DNA from: a virus
Virus record (IMG/VR): IMGVR_UViG_3300032315_000748
Strand: one strand, 5' to 3'
Length of the DNA: 64,000 bases
Part shown: positions 36,882 through 47,005 of the stretch, piece by piece
Position numbering within the stretch: position 1 is the first letter of the stretch
Layout of the letters: every line of letters begins with the position of its first letter
Position numbers and translations under genes: made by a program
Notes under the pieces: model-generated
What the model was told of the DNA's origin: nothing
Seen by the model: only the letters and a program-made list of their open reading frames with translations
The model's database searches: none

Positions 36882-37463
36882 ATGACTGTAACAACTGGAG
36901 CAAAAAGAGTATCAGTTTCAAGAACAAAAGAAGTTAGTTTGGATCTTCCTCCAAATCCACTTGTGTTTGAAATTTTGAATCTTGTATCTAAACAAAGGAC
37001 AAATGAGAAAAAAGTGGAAGTTCTTAAAAAATATGAAGATCCATCTTTGAAGGCGCTTTTTATTTGGAACTTTGATGAAAGTATTGTTTCACTTCTACCT
37101 GAAGGTGAAGTTCCTTTCTTTGGTGATAATGTGCTAAAGACATCAACAATTACTGAAAGAATTGGTAACGCTGTCTCTACAATGAATGGCGGAAGTTCCA
37201 ATTCCCTTGGAACAATTGATGAAAAGCACTCTACGATTCGTAGAGAATATAAGAAATTTTATAATTTCATTAAGGGCGGAAATGATAGTTTGAATAGTAT
37301 TCGTAGGGAAACTATTTTTATCAACCTTCTTGAAGGTGTTCATCCATTAGAAGCAGAAATTCTTTGCTTGTGTAAGGATAAAAAACTACAAACAAAATAT
37401 AAGATTACGAAGGAAATCGTATCTACCGCATATCCAGATATTCAATGGGGTGGTAGATCCTAA
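36882..37463 (+). CDS. Conserved T4-like phage hypothetical protein
   Basis: LLPEGEVP, RRETIFINLLEGVHPLEAEIL. Confidence 0.7.
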   Translation: MTVTTGAKRVSVSRTKEVSLDLPPNPLVFEILNLVSKQRTNEKKVEVLKKYEDPSLKALFIWNFDESIVSLLPEGEVPFFGDNVLKTSTITERIGNAVSTMNGGSSNSLGTIDEKHSTIRREYKKFYNFIKGGNDSLNSIRRETIFINLLEGVHPLEAEILCLCKDKKLQTKYKITKEIVSTAYPDIQWGGRS

Positions 37464-37482
37464 TTATAACTAAAAAAATATT

Positions 37483-37734
37483 ATGAAAATCATTCATCAA
37501 AAGTGTGAAAAATCTTTATCCAACAACAAAAGTCTTCCAATTAATTCTTACTTGGTAGGATATATTCTTGATGACATTAAATCATATGATATTGTTCAAG
37601 CTTCTTCTCAAGTAGAAGTATTTGATTATTATCACGATTTAACTAAAAATGTACTTTCAATTGAATGGACAAGTGGTAAAGTTAGTCCAAAGGTTTATGG
37701 GTATATAAAACCAGAAGGAAAAAAGAAAAGATAA
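37483..37734 (+). CDS. Hypothetical protein
   Basis: Operon-packed ORF. Confidence 0.6.
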   Translation: MKIIHQKCEKSLSNNKSLPINSYLVGYILDDIKSYDIVQASSQVEVFDYYHDLTKNVLSIEWTSGKVSPKVYGYIKPEGKKKR

Positions 37735-37737
37735 GTG

Positions 37738-37775
37738 AAGGAGGAATTGACGGTTCCTCCTTTTTTGTGTATAAT
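37738..37775 (+). promoter_or_regulatory. Terminator hairpin with nested sigma70-like promoter
   Basis: AAGGAGGAA/TTCCTCCTT + T run; TTGACG 37747 -17 nt- TATAAT 37770. Confidence 0.8.
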
Positions 37776-37797
37776 GGTAGATGTTAAATTCTAAAAT

Positions 37798-37944
37798 ATG
37801 AATAAAGAAAAAGTAAAACTTATCATTAGAAATATGGAATTACTTATTGAATCACTAAAAAATGAAATTTTAGATAAAGGAGAACCACAAAAATGTTCTC
37901 CGGATACAGATAATTACGATGAAGTTTTTGAGGATTTTGATTAA
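37798..37944 (+). CDS. Small hypothetical protein
   Basis: MNKEKVKLIIRNMELLIESLK... Confidence 0.55.
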   Translation: MNKEKVKLIIRNMELLIESLKNEILDKGEPQKCSPDTDNYDEVFEDFD

Positions 37945-38105
37945 TGAAAGCAAAGAAATTAGTTAAGTTGATGGGTAGGTTGATTAAGCAGGATCATTTA
38001 TATTCTCCTGAAAAATTAAAAGAAATGAAATCCCGACTTAGAATGTTAAAAGAAGAACTAGCAAAACTAGAAGCACAAACATCAAAAGGATTTGGAAAGA
38101 AATGA
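37944..38105 (+). CDS. Small hypothetical protein
   Basis: Coupled to thyX; ends SKGFGKK. Confidence 0.55.
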   Translation: MKAKKLVKLMGRLIKQDHLYSPEKLKEMKSRLRMLKEELAKLEAQTSKGFGKK

Positions 38106-38791
38106 AATCAACAGTTAAACTCATTAGCGCAACACCTGACGCAGAAAAACATATTGCTTACTGTGCTCGTGTATCAAATCCAAAAAATCAAGAGAATTCT
38201 AATTTTGAAGGACTTCTTAAGTATTGCATTAAGAATCAACATTGGAGTATCTTTGAACACGCATTTTTGACAGTTGAAATTAATACTTCACTAGCAATTG
38301 CCACTCAAATTCTTCGTCATAGAAGTTTTACCTTTCAGCAATTCAGTCAAAGATATGCTGATAGTACAGAACTTCAACTGCAACTTCCCGTGCCTGATTT
38401 GAGAAAGCAAGATACAAAGAATCGTCAAAACTCTACTGATGATCTTGGTGATTATGTAAAACTTGGTCTTCAAGAAGAAATTCGTAAGCACTTTGAATAT
38501 TCCTTGAAACTTTATAATAAAATGCTTGGTGTGGGGGTTGCGAAGGAATGTGCCCGTTTCGTGCTTCCACAGGCAACACAGACCCGTCTCTATATGTCCG
38601 GTAGTCTTCGTAGTTGGATGCACTACATTGACCTTAGAAGTGCTCACGGGACCCAGAAGGAGCACATGGAGGTTGCCGAGGCAATCAGGTGCATCTTTAC
38701 CTGTCAGTTCCCTACCATCTCTTCTGCTCTTGGATGGACAAGAGAAAACTGCCCAGAATGTGAAGACGCTTCATCTATTACATTGGAATAA
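38102..38791 (+). CDS. thyX: FAD-dependent thymidylate synthase
   Basis: HWSIFE, RHRSFTFQQFSQRY, ARFVLP, TQKEH. Confidence 0.96.
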   Translation: MKSTVKLISATPDAEKHIAYCARVSNPKNQENSNFEGLLKYCIKNQHWSIFEHAFLTVEINTSLAIATQILRHRSFTFQQFSQRYADSTELQLQLPVPDLRKQDTKNRQNSTDDLGDYVKLGLQEEIRKHFEYSLKLYNKMLGVGVAKECARFVLPQATQTRLYMSGSLRSWMHYIDLRSAHGTQKEHMEVAEAIRCIFTCQFPTISSALGWTRENCPECEDASSITLE

Positions 38792-38816
38792 ATAATTTTG
38801 TAAATAATTGTAAATT

Positions 38817-39056
38817 ATGCCAACTTATTATAAAATTCATAAAGAAACTAAAGAGACTCAAACATTCTTTGCTTCATTTAGTGAGCACGATGAATGGACA
38901 AAAAATAATCCAGACTGGGAAACCGACTGGTCCAAAGGATGTCCTTCTACTGTCAGTCAAGTTGGAGATTTCCAAATGAAGACCGATGGTGGTTGGAATG
39001 AAGTATTGCACAAGGTCAGTAAAATTCCTGGCAGCAATGTTCGCCCTCATAAGTAA
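38817..39056 (+). CDS. Conserved small hypothetical protein
   Basis: MPTY..., GWNEVLHKV; typical neighbour of phoH. Confidence 0.6.
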   Translation: MPTYYKIHKETKETQTFFASFSEHDEWTKNNPDWETDWSKGCPSTVSQVGDFQMKTDGGWNEVLHKVSKIPGSNVRPHK

Positions 39057-39075
39057 ATCTTAAACTAAAAATACA

Positions 39076-39843
39076 ATGGCACGTAGAAGAAGAAGTACCC
39101 AAGAGAATCAAAATCTTGGTGTTGATAGCAGTATGACTTCTAGGCAAATGAAAAAAAAGAAGCCAATTAATCTGGCTTCTTTAATTGATATTGAACCACT
39201 TACTGAAAATCAAAAAAAATTATTTGGTTTTTATAGTGAAGGTAAAAATATCTTTGCACACGGAGTTCCTGGATCAGGAAAAACATTTTCGCTTTTGTAT
39301 AAAGCACTTCAAGATGTATTAGATGAAACCTCACCATACGAAAAGATCTATATTGTTCGTTCATTAGTCCAAACAAGAGAAATTGGGTTTATGCCTGGTG
39401 GTGAAGATGACAAAAAATCATTATTTGAAATTCCATATAAAAATATGGTAAAATATATGTTCCAAATGCCATCTGATGCTGACTTTGAAATGCTTTATGG
39501 TAATCTGAAAGCACAAAATACTATTTCATTTTGGTGTACTTCTTTCATTCGTGGCATAACACTTGATAATTGTATAATTATTGTAGATGAAGCACAAAAC
39601 TGTAATGCTCACGAATGTTTTTCTGTAATCTCAAGAGTTGGTGAGAATGCAAAAATTATGTTTGCAGGTGATGTAGAACAGAGTGATTTGATTAAAACTT
39701 CGGAAAGAAATGGAATCATAGATTTCATTAAAATTATTGATATTATGCCTTCATTTGAAAGAATTGAATTTGATGTTGATGATATTGTAAGATCATCATT
39801 GGTTAAAGAATTTGTAGTTGCTAAAAAATCTTTGGGAATGTAA
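39076..39843 (+). CDS. phoH: PhoH-family ATPase
   Basis: GVPGSGKT, RGITLD, IVDEAQN, GDVEQSD, VRSSLV. Confidence 0.95.
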   Translation: MARRRRSTQENQNLGVDSSMTSRQMKKKKPINLASLIDIEPLTENQKKLFGFYSEGKNIFAHGVPGSGKTFSLLYKALQDVLDETSPYEKIYIVRSLVQTREIGFMPGGEDDKKSLFEIPYKNMVKYMFQMPSDADFEMLYGNLKAQNTISFWCTSFIRGITLDNCIIIVDEAQNCNAHECFSVISRVGENAKIMFAGDVEQSDLIKTSERNGIIDFIKIIDIMPSFERIEFDVDDIVRSSLVKEFVVAKKSLGM

Positions 39844-40590
39844 ATGACTAATCCTTGTATTGAAAAATATCTTGAACTCTATCCAGAAAAAAAAGTAGAG
39901 AAATCAACTGCTCGCTTTGAGCACGTTGAACTCAATTTGTCTCCTCTGGATAGAGAAACTATTGATGGAGTACGATACTATTCTATTCCCAATGGAAATG
40001 AGAAACCAACAAAAATGGTTTCTATTACTTCTGTGACTAGTCATTTCAATCGTCAAATCTTTATTGATTGGAGAAGAAAAGTAGGTAATGTAAAAGCAGA
40101 TGCGATTACAAAAGCAGCAACTACAAGAGGAACAAACTTACATAGTTTGGTTGAGAATTATATTACCAATCAAGAACTTCCTGAAGTTCCAGAACCTGCT
40201 CCTACATTGTTTGAAACAATTGAACCAGCACTTCAAAGAATGAATAAAATATACGGAGTAGAAACTGCTCTGTATAGCACTGTGTTGGGTGTTGCTGGTA
40301 CTTGCGATACTATCGCAGAGTTTGATGAAGAACTTGCGATTATTGACTATAAGACTTCTGCAAAACCAAAACCTCGGGAGTGGATTGAAAACTATTTCGT
40401 TCAGGCGATGTTTTATGGTATGGCTCTTTTTGAAAGAACTGGAAAGCAAGTGAAGAAACTTGTCATTATTATGGCTTGTGAAAATGGAGAACTTGTTGTT
40501 TATGAAGAAAGAGATTTGGAGAAATATATGAAATTAGTTATTAAGTATATCAAAAAATTCACTAATGATAAGTTGCAAGAATATGCTTGA
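39844..40590 (+). CDS. PD-(D/E)XK exonuclease (Cas4-like phage exonuclease)
   Basis: SITSV, RGTNLH, AGTCD, IDYKTS, YFVQ. Confidence 0.88.
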   Translation: MTNPCIEKYLELYPEKKVEKSTARFEHVELNLSPLDRETIDGVRYYSIPNGNEKPTKMVSITSVTSHFNRQIFIDWRRKVGNVKADAITKAATTRGTNLHSLVENYITNQELPEVPEPAPTLFETIEPALQRMNKIYGVETALYSTVLGVAGTCDTIAEFDEELAIIDYKTSAKPKPREWIENYFVQAMFYGMALFERTGKQVKKLVIIMACENGELVVYEERDLEKYMKLVIKYIKKFTNDKLQEYA

Positions 40591-40682
40591 CAGATTGATT
40601 AATTTATCTTATAATAGATATTATGTTATGGTGCCTTATGCCTAATCCACTAGAAAGTTTTTTAAATTTAAATCTACCCAGT

Positions 40683-40937
40683 ATGAATGACGAAATAAAA
40701 GAAGAATTGAGTAATAAGTTCTTATGTCCTCAAAAATTTGCACAGGATATTGAGCAAATTGTAAAAATCTCTAAAGTCAATTATATTGATGCTATTGTGT
40801 CTTATTGTGAGCAGAATAGTATTGAAATTGAGACGGTTTCCAAATTAGTTTCAAAACCACTCAAAGAAAAATTAAAGTGTGATGCTATTCATTTGAATTT
40901 TCTCAAAAAAACCACCAAGGCACGTTTGCCTATATGA
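40683..40937 (+). CDS. gp33: Late promoter transcription co-activator
   Basis: YIDAIVSYCE, LKEKL..DA..LNFLK; synteny with gp59/gp32; start uncertain. Confidence 0.88.
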   Translation: MNDEIKEELSNKFLCPQKFAQDIEQIVKISKVNYIDAIVSYCEQNSIEIETVSKLVSKPLKEKLKCDAIHLNFLKKTTKARLPI

Positions 40938-41527
40938 GTCCATTTGAAGTTTATTCAAATTTTTTAGCATTCAAAAATCACTTTACCAAAAAAAATTACG
41001 ATTACTTTAAATATTGTGGAAAGACTAGAGCATCTTTAGATAGTTTTCACAAAAGAAAGGATCGTTATTTTTTTGAGAAGATATCTCGTCAAAAAAATGA
41101 TGAAGAAATAAAATCTTTCTTTGTTGCTAATTTTGCCGAATGTAATGATCCAGAAAGACTCTGGATTGGTGATATTATTCGTAATGGTGAAGACACATAT
41201 TCAAATTGGTTAAAAAAATCTCAAAGTTTAACATATTTGTTTAAAACTGAATGTGAAGTTTTTATATCAAAAGAAAATTTTGAAAACTTATTTGATTGTA
41301 AAAACGGCAATCATCCAGAACTACTCAAAAAGTATCTACAAAAAGCACTTACATTAGAAACCTTGGTTATCTTAAATATGATTTTAAATTATGTAAAAGA
41401 TTTTGATAAAAAAATGAATGATCCTGTGTGGGAAATGATGAGTTTAAAAATTCAGAAGTATCAATCCTTCCTAAATATTGATGTAGCAGGATATAAGAAC
41501 ATCCTCAAGGAGATTGTTTATGAGTAA
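40934..41527 (+). CDS. gp59: Helicase loader
   Basis: KNHFT...YDYFKY, KRKDRYFFEK. Confidence 0.9.
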   Translation: MSPFEVYSNFLAFKNHFTKKNYDYFKYCGKTRASLDSFHKRKDRYFFEKISRQKNDEEIKSFFVANFAECNDPERLWIGDIIRNGEDTYSNWLKKSQSLTYLFKTECEVFISKENFENLFDCKNGNHPELLKKYLQKALTLETLVILNMILNYVKDFDKKMNDPVWEMMSLKIQKYQSFLNIDVAGYKNILKEIVYE

Positions 41528-41852
41528 GTTTTTTGACTCCGAATTAGTCAGAGAATCTTTGACAGAATTAGACCAATTGCAAGAAAAACTTTTCAATCAA
41601 TTGTACGATCTTCCTTCTTCTACGAAAGAAAAAAAGAAGGAACATTTGGATACAATGAGAGAATTTTTAGAAAAACAAAAATTGTTTATTTTTAGAATGT
41701 CTCTTTCTGAAGATCCAGAAGCAGTAGAAATGAAAGAAAAAATCACTCAATCCGCTCAACTTTTTGGATTTAATCCAGAAAAAGGATTAAGCGTTTTCTT
41801 TGAGCAATTAGAAAATACTATCAATAAACTTGAAAAATCACTTGACGACTGA
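41520..41852 (+). CDS. DUF1825-like protein
   Basis: FFDSELVR, RMSLSEDPEA. Confidence 0.7.
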   Translation: MSKFFDSELVRESLTELDQLQEKLFNQLYDLPSSTKEKKKEHLDTMREFLEKQKLFIFRMSLSEDPEAVEMKEKITQSAQLFGFNPEKGLSVFFEQLENTINKLEKSLDD

Positions 41853-41912
41853 CTTTATATCTGCTACACTTAAAAAGTCCAATCCAAAACATCCAATTAA
41901 TCTAAAAATCCT

Positions 41913-42815
41913 ATGTCATTCGCAAACTTAAAAAAACAATCCAAACTTGGTTCTTTAACCGAAAAACTAGTCAAAGAAGTTGAAAAACTGAATAGTGCTG
42001 GTTCTTCTGAAGATGATCGTTATTGGAAATTGACCACAGATAAGAGCCAAAATGGTTATGCCGTTATTCGCTTTCTTCCTGCTCCCGACAACGAAGATAT
42101 TCCATTCGTGAAGATTTATTCTCACGCATTCCAAGGTTCTGGTGGATGGTTGATTGATAATTGTGTTACGACACTCGGTCAACAATGTCCTATCTGTGAG
42201 CACAACTCTGGTCTCTGGAATTCAGGAATTGATGCAAACAAAGAAATTGCTCGTAAGCAAAAAAGAAAACTGACTTACATCAGCAACATCTATGTTGTAA
42301 AAGATCCTTCTAATCCTGAAAATGAAGGTAAAGTTTTCCTTTATAAGTATGGTAAGAAAATCTTTGATAAGATTTCTGCCGCTATGAAACCAGAGTTTGA
42401 AGATGAAACTCCAATTGATCCATTTGACTTCTGGCAAGGTGCTAACTTCAAACTGAAGGCAAAGAACGTTGCTGGTTATCGTAATTATGATTCTAGTGAG
42501 TTTGCTTCTCCTGGTGCTCTTCTAGATAATGATGATGAACTGGAAGCAATCTGGAAGCAAGAATCCTCTCTTGCTGAACTTGTTGCTAACGATCAGTTCA
42601 AGTCTTATGACGATTTGAAGAAGCGTCTTTCTTCTGTTCTTGGAACTAAAGGTGCTCGCACCCAAGATCCAGAAACAGTATCTGAGGAAGATGAATATGA
42701 AGTAGAGCGTTCAACGAAGAGTACATCTTCTTTTAGTTCTTCATCTAGTTCTGCTTCTGATGAAGAGGATGATGATGAAGCACTTTCATACTTCTCAAAG
42801 CTTGCTAACTCCTGA
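41913..42815 (+). CDS. gp32: Single-stranded DNA-binding protein
   Basis: AVIRFLP, HAFQG, YGKKIFDK, NYDSSEF, acidic tail. Confidence 0.96.
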   Translation: MSFANLKKQSKLGSLTEKLVKEVEKLNSAGSSEDDRYWKLTTDKSQNGYAVIRFLPAPDNEDIPFVKIYSHAFQGSGGWLIDNCVTTLGQQCPICEHNSGLWNSGIDANKEIARKQKRKLTYISNIYVVKDPSNPENEGKVFLYKYGKKIFDKISAAMKPEFEDETPIDPFDFWQGANFKLKAKNVAGYRNYDSSEFASPGALLDNDDELEAIWKQESSLAELVANDQFKSYDDLKKRLSSVLGTKGARTQDPETVSEEDEYEVERSTKSTSSFSSSSSSASDEEDDDEALSYFSKLANS

Positions 42816-42842
42816 TTTCAAAATCAACTTTTAATTACCTTT

Positions 42843-42873
42843 ATCCCCGGAAAAAATCTCCGGGGATTTTTTT
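42843..42873. terminator. Terminator between convergent gp32 and gp53
   Basis: ATCCCCGGA/TCCGGGGAT + T run. Confidence 0.8.
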
Positions 42874-42886
42874 GTCTGTAGGGTTT

Positions 42887-43546
42887 TTATACGCCTGTTA
42901 GATTTGGATTATAAGATTGTTTAGTAGTTTGATTGACATATTGTGAAGATTGGTCATATTTCATTATATTTCTTAAATCTGTAATCACTACTGATAGATA
43001 TGCTGGTTTTAATACTCTTATCTTTCTTTTTTCTTCGTTAATGTCAGTTTCATACTCATAATTTGTTACTTGCTTCACGGGCGAAATAGTGGATAAAGTA
43101 TTATCAAATTTAGTATAAGTAACTGTAAAATTTGAATCTACTTGAAGTCCAGAAGGAACCACAAGGCGATCATATTCATCCTTTACTTCAATAGTTTCAT
43201 AATGATGAATGGATGATAGTGATTGTTCTGTGCCATACTTATCAAGCATATAATTGTATAGATCATTATTACTCAAAGGCCACTGTTCTCTTACATTTGT
43301 GATATTGTTAGTAATTAGAATAACCCAATCAAGTTCTGGGTCATTATAAAGTTTAGAAGCAACTACTTCTGGTCTTTGATTATCTTCTACTTGATAATAA
43401 TTGAAAGCAGTAATAATATTAACTATATCTGTCCTTAACTTTGCCCTTTTGAAGAGATTTTTGACGGTAATATATTCTTCGTTTGAACTTACGTCAGGCA
43501 AACGAGAAATATATGATATATTTGGAAGTTCCTTAAAATATGCCAT
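42887..43546 (-). CDS. gp53: Baseplate wedge protein
   Basis: YFKELP, RPEVVA..LY, WVILITN, IHHYET, NEEKRKI. Confidence 0.9.
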   Translation of the reverse strand: MAYFKELPNISYISRLPDVSSNEEYITVKNLFKRAKLRTDIVNIITAFNYYQVEDNQRPEVVASKLYNDPELDWVILITNNITNVREQWPLSNNDLYNYMLDKYGTEQSLSSIHHYETIEVKDEYDRLVVPSGLQVDSNFTVTYTKFDNTLSTISPVKQVTNYEYETDINEEKRKIRVLKPAYLSVVITDLRNIMKYDQSSQYVNQTTKQSYNPNLTGV

Positions 43547-43547
43547 T

Positions 43548-45071
43548 TTAGTATCCTACCTCGTCTGGTGTGATTGGATAAAGATCACCAGAACCATCTT
43601 TTCCTGTAAATTCTCTTCCATCTTCAATATTACTTTGATAATCAGTATCATAAACTGGTTCAAGTTCTTTGAATGACATATTCATAATCACAGATACTGG
43701 TTGTCCTTCATCATATGCCGCCCAATTTCCATCGGCAGCATAATTCATAGCAAATCCAGTCAAAGCACAAGTTTTGATACGATTTACGCCTTTGATTGTT
43801 TTTCCCCCAGCAGTCTTATATTGCAACTGAAAAACATTTGGCGTTCCCAAGAAATATGATTGAGCACCAGCAGAACCACCACCAGAGATTGAACTTATTT
43901 TTTTTGCTGCCATTCCTTGCTTAAAAAATCTTATAATATTGTTTATTATTTTTGCTTCACTGCTACTTCTTGGACTCATTCTATATTGAAATGTAAATTC
44001 TCTTAATGTTGGTGCATTAAATAGAAGTTCAAGGTTACTATTTGGAACAATTCCAAATCCTCTTGCTAAAATACTTTCTGGTGATACACTAACACCAAGC
44101 ATTCCAAGTACTTGGGAATTTACTGCTCCTCCAAGTAAAGTTTTCATTGCTGGAGTTGCTCCTGTTTTAAATGCTCCCATACCTGCTAGAGCACCAAGGA
44201 ATGATGCTATTTGTGCTGCTCCACCACCAATGCCAGCAGCAGAAGCCCCTGCTCTTAATGCTGCAGCTCCTGCTAAAGTTTTTAATGGATCATTTGTAAC
44301 ATATGATGTCAGCGCAGCACTTAAATTATTCATATTATCATCTGCCCAAGAAACATTATTAGAATCAGTTATGTTATTTGGCATAGGAAGATTTACCATA
44401 CCCAATAAATCTTTTAAGGGTGATGTTCGTTTAGAACCATTTCGTAAAGTATTTAAAGGATCTCCAAATATATCATTACTTCTTGGTGGTTTATAACTGT
44501 ATTGTGCTATTGACAGATAATCTTGGGTTTTATTATATAAAGCATCTTCTGGGTAGTTCAATAACGGCATTTTTCTGATTACATCATCTACCGCACCAAA
44601 CTCAAAATTCAAATCTTTGTCTAGTTTTAATGTATCAACATCAACACCTAGATTGTTTAAAAATGGAGTAAGTACATCACCACCTCCTCCTGATGGTGCA
44701 ACTGGGGGTCCCCCGGTTGGCCCTTGTGCTCCTATTGCAGATGCAAGATTTTTTTGCATCGCATATTGAATATTTTGTGTAGTAAATGCATCATAACCAG
44801 CAAAATTTATTGCGGGACTTTTTGCATAATCATTTAAACTATTAAATGTTGCATTGCCATTTCCAGTATCAACATACTGTACTTGCCCAGTATTACTATT
44901 AATTGTATAATTTAATCTTTTTATAAGAGGGTCTTTACTATTTGCATCTACTGGTTTTCCGGCACTATATGTTAAAGGATCGCCAATAAGTTTACTAGCA
45001 TTTATAATTGTTCCTTTAACATTAATTGTACTATTTCCTGATGTGAAATTTATGTTAGGATTTTGAGCCAT
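43548..45071 (-). CDS. gp48: Baseplate tail-tube cap
   Basis: LPMP, PNSNLELLF..PTLREFTF, CALT, FKELEP. Confidence 0.85.
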   Translation of the reverse strand: MAQNPNINFTSGNSTINVKGTIINASKLIGDPLTYSAGKPVDANSKDPLIKRLNYTINSNTGQVQYVDTGNGNATFNSLNDYAKSPAINFAGYDAFTTQNIQYAMQKNLASAIGAQGPTGGPPVAPSGGGGDVLTPFLNNLGVDVDTLKLDKDLNFEFGAVDDVIRKMPLLNYPEDALYNKTQDYLSIAQYSYKPPRSNDIFGDPLNTLRNGSKRTSPLKDLLGMVNLPMPNNITDSNNVSWADDNMNNLSAALTSYVTNDPLKTLAGAAALRAGASAAGIGGGAAQIASFLGALAGMGAFKTGATPAMKTLLGGAVNSQVLGMLGVSVSPESILARGFGIVPNSNLELLFNAPTLREFTFQYRMSPRSSSEAKIINNIIRFFKQGMAAKKISSISGGGSAGAQSYFLGTPNVFQLQYKTAGGKTIKGVNRIKTCALTGFAMNYAADGNWAAYDEGQPVSVIMNMSFKELEPVYDTDYQSNIEDGREFTGKDGSGDLYPITPDEVGY

Positions 45072-45590
45072 TTACGGTGCCGATGAGTTATCTGGATAAT
45101 CCCAAACTTTGGATTTGAATACTGGTTGTCCTCTTTTATCTACAAATCTTTCGGTAGGAAGTAAAGAAACTTCTCTCCATTCACTTTCAGGTACTTTAAA
45201 AAAATGACTAGTTACACCAGAAAAAAGGTAATTATGTAAAGTTTTTCTTGGTGCATTCACATTTCCTGATTTATTTATGTAAGAAGCGGCAATACCTCCA
45301 CGATATTGTGGATTTAGATAATGAAGATTAGAACCAAAGAATATTCCAGATTTTGTGTCAATACTTATAATATAAGTAAGTGGTTGCATATCCCAGAATT
45401 TGTATTTTTGGGGATATTTTGCCGAATACATAAAAAATACCAAATCTCCCGGCGAAATAAAATTTGTATCAATTTCACTAGAATCCTCATTTTGATATCT
45501 TGCTAACTCATTCATCAATCTGTTTGTATACCAGTTAGTGGACCAACGTTTCGTTCCCGCCTCTTTGAGTATTTTTTCTGCGATCATATT
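45072..45590 (-). CDS. gp2: DNA end protector
   Basis: FFMYSAK, WDMQPL, GSNLHYL, LPTERF; start approximate. Confidence 0.8.
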   Translation of the reverse strand, partial: NMIAEKILKEAGTKRWSTNWYTNRLMNELARYQNEDSSEIDTNFISPGDLVFFMYSAKYPQKYKFWDMQPLTYIISIDTKSGIFFGSNLHYLNPQYRGGIAASYINKSGNVNAPRKTLHNYLFSGVTSHFFKVPESEWREVSLLPTERFVDKRGQPVFKSKVWDYPDNSSAP

Positions 45591-46048
45591 TCTATGCCTA
45601 ATTGTTCTTCTGTGAATATGCGGAATTCCCATCCCCTATCAGCACAATATTCCTTACAAGCATTCCATTTTGCTTGATTGGTGACCCAAGTTTTTACTGA
45701 ATATGCCCAAGATTTTGTTCTTCTTTTCGGAGTTCTTTGTGGTTCTTTCAAGTCCTTTGCTGGTTTAATTTCAATTACTACAATTCTGATATTTTTGTCT
45801 TTGTCTTTGTATTTCAATTTCATATCTGGAAAATATCTATGGGTTTTATTGTCTATTGGTGAAACATATGGAACCCAAAATTCTTCACTCTGGTAAGATA
45901 TAACATTTTCAGTCAAATCGCAATATTGAAACATTTTTAGTTCATAAGATGAACGATATATTATATTTGTTGGATCTCCATTATATTTTTGAGGATTTTT
46001 GGGTTTAAATTTTCCTTGATGGTATCCACTATCTTCGTTACGGGGCAT
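45584..46048 (-). CDS. gp4: Head completion nuclease
   Basis: GKFKPKNPQKY, YRSSYE, RYFPD, EIKP, NQAKW. Confidence 0.92.
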   Translation of the reverse strand: MPRNEDSGYHQGKFKPKNPQKYNGDPTNIIYRSSYELKMFQYCDLTENVISYQSEEFWVPYVSPIDNKTHRYFPDMKLKYKDKDKNIRIVVIEIKPAKDLKEPQRTPKRRTKSWAYSVKTWVTNQAKWNACKEYCADRGWEFRIFTEEQLGIEI

Positions 46049-46079
46049 ACATAGTATATAATCGTATACGCTTATTTAG

Positions 46080-46976
46080 ATGGCTAGAGCAAATACATAT
46101 AGAGTAGATCCTCTTTATGTAAAGATGACTACCCCGAGAGATATGGGGGGATCTTCTTTGCCTTCAGTTCAAGAGATGTTTGGTAATGTATCTCTTACAA
46201 GTCAATTTAAAGTTAATATGTTTCTAGGTGGATCAAATGGGGCACAGGATGGAAATTTATTAGAATATTTAAACAAATGTGGAATAACTAATAATATTTC
46301 AAAAACATTTACTTATGATTTTATGTGTGCGGAAGCAGTTCTTCCCGGAGCAACTTTTGACGTTGGAGAAGAAAGTGGAAGTCGTCAGGGCATAATTGAA
46401 AGATTTCCAAATCGTAGAATATTTTCAGATTTCAATTTAACTTTTTATGTTGATAGTGAATATAATATTATTCGTTTATTTGAAGAATGGATGAATTTTA
46501 TAAATCCAATTTACACAAAAGACGGAGAACAAATACCAAATCCTCGTGGACAAGTTGGGTATGAGCAAAGTGAAAATTATTATAGATTTAAATATCCAGA
46601 TCAATACAAAAGAATAATTTCAATCACCAAATTTGAAAGGGACTTTTTGTCAAATCCAAATAATCCAAAAAGTCCAACCGAGACACAAAATCTTTTGACT
46701 TATCAATTTATTGATGCTTTTCCAACTAATATCACTGCACTTCCATTATCTTATGAAGGAAGCACAATAACTAAAACTACAATTAATTTTAGTTATACTA
46801 GATATACTGTAATAAAACATAAAGGAACACAGATAAATCCATATCCATCAAATCTAAACAATACAGACAAACCTAAACCAACGACAACTCCTGTTCAATA
46901 TTATGGCCCTGCTTTTGGTAGCAATGAAGAGGCATATAGACAGGCGGCGATATATAGAGGAGAAACTATCCAATAA
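46080..46976 (+). CDS. Tail-tube-like baseplate protein (gp54/gp19 family)
   Basis: C.EAVLPG, LTFYVD, FEEWM, AFPTNI. Confidence 0.75.
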   Translation: MARANTYRVDPLYVKMTTPRDMGGSSLPSVQEMFGNVSLTSQFKVNMFLGGSNGAQDGNLLEYLNKCGITNNISKTFTYDFMCAEAVLPGATFDVGEESGSRQGIIERFPNRRIFSDFNLTFYVDSEYNIIRLFEEWMNFINPIYTKDGEQIPNPRGQVGYEQSENYYRFKYPDQYKRIISITKFERDFLSNPNNPKSPTETQNLLTYQFIDAFPTNITALPLSYEGSTITKTTINFSYTRYTVIKHKGTQINPYPSNLNNTDKPKPTTTPVQYYGPAFGSNEEAYRQAAIYRGETIQ

Positions 46977-47005
46977 ATAATCACAACTGAACTTAATCAT
47001 TCAAA

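Noticed and set aside
39844-40590. Cas4-like nuclease as sign of a CRISPR system
   Set aside because: Standard T4-like cyanophage exonuclease beside phoH; no repeat-spacer array or other cas genes seen
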